Below, piece by piece: positions 35,749 through 39,819 of a DNA stretch of 39,819 nt. Origin of the DNA: a plasmid. Where the stretch lies: sequence record NZ_CP038019.1; one strand, 5' to 3'. Below the pieces are notes generated by a model. The model made no database searches. It was not told the origin of the DNA and worked only from the letters and a program-made list of their open reading frames with translations. The translations under genes were made by a program, and so were the position numbers. How positions within the stretch are numbered: the stretch's first letter is position 1; each line of letters starts with the position of its first letter.

Positions 35749-36171
35749 TTGCCTGTCAGCCTACCGGCTGATTTAGATTGTTTTACCCCAAGGGGAAATA
35801 TGGCGCTCATCGAACTTTCTGCATTACTCACACCGTATCAAGCTTATTCCGTCCGGATTTGGGATAAAGAAAACCGACAAAAGGCAGGTTTGCCATCTAG
35901 AGCAGAAACGGCAGCTGACCTAGCTGAGAAAATCCGGCCAGAGTGTTTTTTACCCTTCCCAGAGTGGTCGGTGCCTACCAAGGAAGAAGTCACCGCTTTA
36001 TTGGATATATCCGGTCTGACCCAAAAGCAAGCAGCAACCTTAGTGGGGTTGAAAGATAACAATGGGCGTACTTTTAGGCGGTTCACCATGGGGGAGACCC
36101 CGATAGCTTATGCTTACTGGTTTATCTTATGCCAATATGCAGGCTTATCAAACAATTACAAAAATATTTAG
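35749..36171 (+). CDS. Hypothetical HTH protein upstream of parA/incC. A possible internal start lies at 35797.
   Basis: HTH-like segment LTQKQAATLVGLKDNNGRTFRRF. Confidence 0.35.
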   Translation: MPVSLPADLDCFTPRGNMALIELSALLTPYQAYSVRIWDKENRQKAGLPSRAETAADLAEKIRPECFLPFPEWSVPTKEEVTALLDISGLTQKQAATLVGLKDNNGRTFRRFTMGETPIAYAYWFILCQYAGLSNNYKNI

Positions 36172-36173
36172 AT

Positions 36174-36186
36174 TTTAGCGGCTAAA
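36174..36186. promoter_or_regulatory. KorB-type operator TTTAGCGGCTAAA in the parA/incC promoter region
   Basis: Perfect palindrome about 60 bp upstream of the parA start. Confidence 0.7.
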
Positions 36187-36234
36187 ATTATTGTGCTATA
36201 GGTTATTTTAACCTATAATATAGCCATATTTGAT

Positions 36235-37008
36235 ATGGAGGTAGCGATGAAAACCATCGTGGTAGCCCAGCAAAAGGGTGGGGTCGGCAAAACAGCACTT
36301 GCGCTACATTTGGCTTGGTTTCTAACCGAGCGTAAGAGCAGCAAAGTGTTATTTATTGATTTAGATACCCAAGGCAATGCGACTTATTCCTTGTCTGGGG
36401 TAAAACAAATTGTCGGTATGGGTAGCGGTAACTTATTTTCGGCTGATTTGACGGTTACCTATGATTTCTCTGATTCTCCCCTGGTGTTACTTCCGGCCGG
36501 CAGTATGCTGGCCAATATCCAAAACCTGTCTTTACAGGAAGCCGCATCTGCCTTTTTGAGTAATTTTAATGCCATTAAGGAAATGGGTTATTTTGATTAC
36601 TGCGTGATTGATACCCCGCCGAGCTTAGGCAATGCTTTGGCCGCCGCATTGATGGCTGCTGATTTTGTGGTGTGCCCGATTGAACCGGAAACTTATAGTA
36701 TCCAAGGTATTGGTCAAATGGCATTAACCATTAATAACATCAAAAAAATCAACAAGAACCTGACCTTTTTGGGATTGTTGCCAAGTAAAGTAGACATGCG
36801 TAATCCACGGCATATCAAACATTTAGCACAGATTAAGAGCCAATACAGTGATTATTTGATTCCGGTATCTATTGGTTTACGCAGCAGCATTGCTGATGCG
36901 GTTGCCTCCAGTGTCCCGGTGTGGCACATCAAAAGGACTGCGGCCCGAAAAGCGGCCAAAGAAGTGAATGCAGTTGCCGAATATATTTTTACAAGAATGC
37001 GAGGTTAA
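36235..37008 (+). CDS. incC: ParA/IncC partition ATPase. The likely true start is at 36247.
   Basis: Deviant Walker A QQKGGVGKTALALHLA. ParA-type length. Encoded upstream of the parB/korB-like gene. Confidence 0.85.
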   Translation: MEVAMKTIVVAQQKGGVGKTALALHLAWFLTERKSSKVLFIDLDTQGNATYSLSGVKQIVGMGSGNLFSADLTVTYDFSDSPLVLLPAGSMLANIQNLSLQEAASAFLSNFNAIKEMGYFDYCVIDTPPSLGNALAAALMAADFVVCPIEPETYSIQGIGQMALTINNIKKINKNLTFLGLLPSKVDMRNPRHIKHLAQIKSQYSDYLIPVSIGLRSSIADAVASSVPVWHIKRTAARKAAKEVNAVAEYIFTRMRG

Positions 37009-37919
37009 TGATGATGAATTTAGACAGCCTGGAAGATTTAAGTTCTTTGTTGAACGCTCCTGCTCCGGTTACCGGGGTTCCCTTATTGCTTAAATTGAGC
37101 CAAATACAGGAAGACCCCAATCAACCCCGGAAAATTTTTGATGAAGAGAAACTGCGAGAGTTGGCGGATAGCATCAAAGTACGTGGTGTAAAAACCCCCA
37201 TTTCCGTGCATGAGGACGAATCAAATCCCGGTTTCTATATCATCAACCACGGATCACGGCGTTACCGGGCATCCATGATGGCTGGAAAAGAGACGATCCC
37301 GGCATATGTCGATGGAGATTACACATTTTTGGATCAACTGGTTGAGAATATCCAACGGGATAATTTAACGCCAAGGGAAACAGCGGATGGCATAGCATTG
37401 ATGCTTAACTCAGGAATGAAAAAAGGCGAAGTAGCCAAAAGACTGGGTAAATCTGCCGCTTTCGTTAGCCAACATGTTGCTTTGTTATCGTTGCCAGAAC
37501 CGGTGGCCGCTGTCTTTAACGCGGGAAAGGTTAGTGATGTGACGGTAGTCAACGAGTTAAATACTTTATATGGGCGGTATCCGGAGGCAGTAGAGGAGTT
37601 GCTACAGAATGAAGATGATATTACTCGTTCCACCATCCGGCATTTCAAGGAGTTTTTAAAAGGGGACCCATCTGCCGAAAAAGAAAGTGAGGCAGTGTCT
37701 GCCCCGGAAATTAACGCCAAGAAAGATAAGCCAGCCGACCCGAAGAAACTGAAAAAAGCGATTGTGCAAGTGATGTATCAAGGACAGCTGGCGCGGTTGA
37801 TTTTGAATAAGCGGGCGCATAATACGGATGAAGTCTGGTTGCAATTTGAGGAATCCGGTGAGCAGGAATCGGTACCGTGTGCTGAGATTTCCAGTATTGT
37901 GGCCGTTATTGAAGGATAA
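37008..37919 (+). CDS. korB: ParB/KorB-like partition protein and global regulator
   Basis: ParB HTH region ETADGIALMLNSGMKKGEVAKRLGKSAAFVSQHVALLSL. The five KorB-type operators found in this window imply that its operators are present. Confidence 0.8.
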   Translation: MMMNLDSLEDLSSLLNAPAPVTGVPLLLKLSQIQEDPNQPRKIFDEEKLRELADSIKVRGVKTPISVHEDESNPGFYIINHGSRRYRASMMAGKETIPAYVDGDYTFLDQLVENIQRDNLTPRETADGIALMLNSGMKKGEVAKRLGKSAAFVSQHVALLSLPEPVAAVFNAGKVSDVTVVNELNTLYGRYPEAVEELLQNEDDITRSTIRHFKEFLKGDPSAEKESEAVSAPEINAKKDKPADPKKLKKAIVQVMYQGQLARLILNKRAHNTDEVWLQFEESGEQESVPCAEISSIVAVIEG

Positions 37920-37932
37920 GAAAGGATAAATA

Positions 37933-38157
37933 ATGCAACTGAATGATGAACAGAGACGCGAACTTGAAGAAAATATGAAGCAAACAGACGCCATTTTAGC
38001 GTTGGAGGGATTTGAAAAGACCGAAGAGAGTCGGGCCAGAAATAAAGCTGTTTTAGCTGGTCGCTTTACTCATGAGGAACTGGCTGAATTGATGCTTGCC
38101 TATGCTCAAAAACATAAAACTATTGAAGGATTTAATCAAAGTATGGGAATAGATTAA
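37933..38157 (+). CDS. Small Fic antitoxin-like protein (VbhA-like)
   Basis: 74 aa. ILALEG resembles the xxxE(G/N) inhibitory motif. It is coupled 10 nt upstream of a canonical Fic gene. Confidence 0.5.
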   Translation: MQLNDEQRRELEENMKQTDAILALEGFEKTEESRARNKAVLAGRFTHEELAELMLAYAQKHKTIEGFNQSMGID

Positions 38158-38166
38158 GGAAGTATT

Positions 38167-39195
38167 GTGGCAAGCGTATATAGGGACAATAATGGGGTGC
38201 TGAAGAATAAGCTAGGGATTACTGATGCTGATGAATTGCGTAAATTGGAGTACGCCCTTACTGAAGAAAAGATAAACGGGATTCTATCAAAGGGAAGTTT
38301 GGGAAACATACAAGGTTACGGTTTGGAACGGCAGCAGGCTATTCACCAACACTTATTTGAAGGTATCTACGAGTGGGCAGGCAAGGTACGGACTGTACCT
38401 TCCAGCAAAGGGATGGGTGGCGGTTTAGTGTCCATATTCGCCGATCCGGATGAAATCCACCAGGTTTGGGGTTTATTGGAGCAGAAAACCGCCCGTTTTG
38501 CCCGAGCCGAAAATCTGAGTTTTGAGCAAAAATTAGAAGAGTTGACCGATATATTTATCCAAGCCAACCATGCCCACCCCTTTCCGGAAGGGAATGGCCG
38601 CAGCTTACAAGTATTCATGCGCCAGCTGGCAGCCGAGCAGGGTATCCGTTTGGATTACAGTAAAAACGATAAAGACGAGTGGAACTATGCCAGCGCCATA
38701 AGCGGGGTATATGGGGTATTTTGGGAGGACAATGGAGAGAAATACGTGAATCCCCTGCCGTCAAACAAGGAACCGATTAAAGCTATTTTCCGTAATATGG
38801 CGACCCCTATGCAGACTTTGAATCAGACACCCCAGGAAAATATAAACGTGGAGAAGCAGCGGGTGGTAGTCATGAACAAGACTTACCTGCTGGAAACCGA
38901 GCAGAACGGCAAATGGCAGACGGTAAGTGTCACTCCTGCCCCCAAAGGGATGAAGCCAGGGGTTTATTTGCTGCATACGGCCAAAGAGGCGGCAGAAGGC
39001 CAGGAATATGATGGCCAGATTGTGCACAAGGATAAAAATCATGTGTTCCAAAAAACCGCATCTGGAATAGTCAAACATCCGGCTAAAGCGTTTGTCCAGC
39101 TGCCGGAATTGGGTGCCACGGTTTCGATAAAACGCCAAGGGGATAAGGTTGTGGTGGCGGAAAGCCGGGGGCGGAAATCAGGCCGCCGTATCTAA
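38167..39195 (+). CDS. Fic adenylyltransferase-type toxin with a canonical motif, plus the shared C-terminal domain
   Basis: HAHPFPEGNGRSLQVF matches HPFx(D/E)GNGR. The C-terminal 228-342 segment (GMKPGVYLLHTAKEAAEGQEYDGQIVHKD...ESRGRKSGRRI) is homologous to the C-termini of the ORFs at 15616 and 17188. Confidence 0.85.
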   Translation: MASVYRDNNGVLKNKLGITDADELRKLEYALTEEKINGILSKGSLGNIQGYGLERQQAIHQHLFEGIYEWAGKVRTVPSSKGMGGGLVSIFADPDEIHQVWGLLEQKTARFARAENLSFEQKLEELTDIFIQANHAHPFPEGNGRSLQVFMRQLAAEQGIRLDYSKNDKDEWNYASAISGVYGVFWEDNGEKYVNPLPSNKEPIKAIFRNMATPMQTLNQTPQENINVEKQRVVVMNKTYLLETEQNGKWQTVSVTPAPKGMKPGVYLLHTAKEAAEGQEYDGQIVHKDKNHVFQKTASGIVKHPAKAFVQLPELGATVSIKRQGDKVVVAESRGRKSGRRI

Positions 39196-39197
39196 AT

Positions 39198-39210
39198 TTT
39201 AGCCGCTAAA
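39198..39210. promoter_or_regulatory. KorB-type operator TTTAGCCGCTAAA, 3 bp after the Fic stop and 17 bp before the next ORF
   Basis: Perfect palindrome with AAATTTTAGCCGCTAAAATCT flanks. Confidence 0.7.
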
Positions 39211-39226
39211 ATCTTGGAGGACATCA

Positions 39227-39771
39227 TGAGCAGTGACAGTGGATTGGTTAAAGCAGATGCCCTACTCCATGAGGCAAGGGATGATGTGGCCGCATTCGAT
39301 AGTTTGTTGGAAAAGCGGGCACAGCTAGAATATGAATTTAATAGTCTGGCCGATGCCTGCCTGCTGGAAAAAGTAGCACAGGTGGAACGTATCGAGGAAC
39401 GTTTGGAAGCCATGATTGCCCGCCAGCGCGATAAAATTCAAAGCCTGCAAAATCACAAACCAGGATTATTTAAGCTACCTAAGGCAAGAGGGGTTTGGGC
39501 TGACCAATGCCAACAGGCGCAGTCGCGATTGTTGATGTTGGCCGACCGGCTAGAAGATGTTCAAGAGCTCAAGCATGGTATGGGTAGCAAAAATTCCCGG
39601 TTACAGGTGTTGGCAGTACAAAAAACCAGGATGAATCACCAAGAGTTGGCACAGGAATTGGATGAGGCCCAAGTTGCGGTACGAGTGCACCGCTTGCATC
39701 AGCAACAGTTGGCCAAGAAAAAACAGACCCAGAGCATGGGTCTGGGTCAGTCCTTGACTATTGAGCATTAG
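39227..39771 (+). CDS. Alpha-helical, coiled-coil-type protein under a KorB operator; KfrA-like by position
   Basis: RBS ggagg then ATG at 39227. The sequence is charged and helical (LEKRAQLEYEFNSLADACLLEKVAQVERIEERLEAMIARQRDKIQSLQ). Assignment is by context only. Confidence 0.35.
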
Positions 39772-39819
39772 AAAGTAAATTTTAAAACCAAAATCAGCAC
39801 AGCGAGCATGACCAATGCC

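Noticed and set aside
37990-38060. Partial matches to the KorB operator (tttagcgttgg, tttagctggtc) inside the small antitoxin-like gene
   Set aside because: Only half-sites; they lack the palindromic second arm.
1-39819. Antibiotic-resistance cargo (for example tetM) and canonical Neisseria DUS GCCGTCTGAA
   Set aside because: I found no ORF resembling TetM or any other resistance determinant. No exact GCCGTCTGAA or TTCAGACGGC occurs; the nearest matches (GGCGTCTGAA at about 3670, GCGTCCTGAA at about 29527) are mismatched.

Overview
This window reads as a near-complete, probably circular, IncP-1/RK2-like conjugative plasmid from a Neisseriaceae host, about 39.8 kb. All the modules of an RP4-type backbone are present in RP4 order. 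The Tra1 region has a partial traM, then traL and traK on the minus strand, a putative oriT, and traJ, traI (MOBP relaxase), traG (VirD4-type coupling protein), traF, a topoisomerase III at the TraE position, a small acidic ORF and an ArdC-primase at the TraC position. The Tra2/mating-pair-formation region on the minus strand runs trbB, C, D, E, F, G, H, I, J, a trbL paralogue, trbL, trbM and trbN. A divergent pair, a trbA-like repressor gene and an ssb-trfA-like operon, is followed by an RK2-like oriV with nine 17-bp iterons (five of them at 22-bp spacing), a consensus DnaA box and an AT-rich tract. A central control region carries parA/incC and a parB/korB-like gene. Five perfect 13-bp KorB-type operator palindromes (TTTAGC(G/C)GCTAAA) are scattered through the backbone. 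The cargo between traC and trbN carries no resistance genes. It holds a Tat-exported M15 peptidase, a serine recombinase, an omega/epsilon/zeta-like operon, a Fic toxin with a VbhA-like antitoxin, and a DinJ-YafQ pair. A second Fic/antitoxin pair sits inside the central control region. Three toxins, a zeta kinase and two Fic proteins, share a roughly 115-aa C-terminal domain ending in an Arg/Lys-rich tail. The plasmid's own VirB/Trb type IV secretion system suggests this domain is a translocation signal. An inverted pair of Eikenella-dialect DNA uptake sequences (AGGCTACCTGAA) forms a terminator-like hairpin and hints at the host lineage. All calls come from reading the sequence and ORF translations; no database search was possible.
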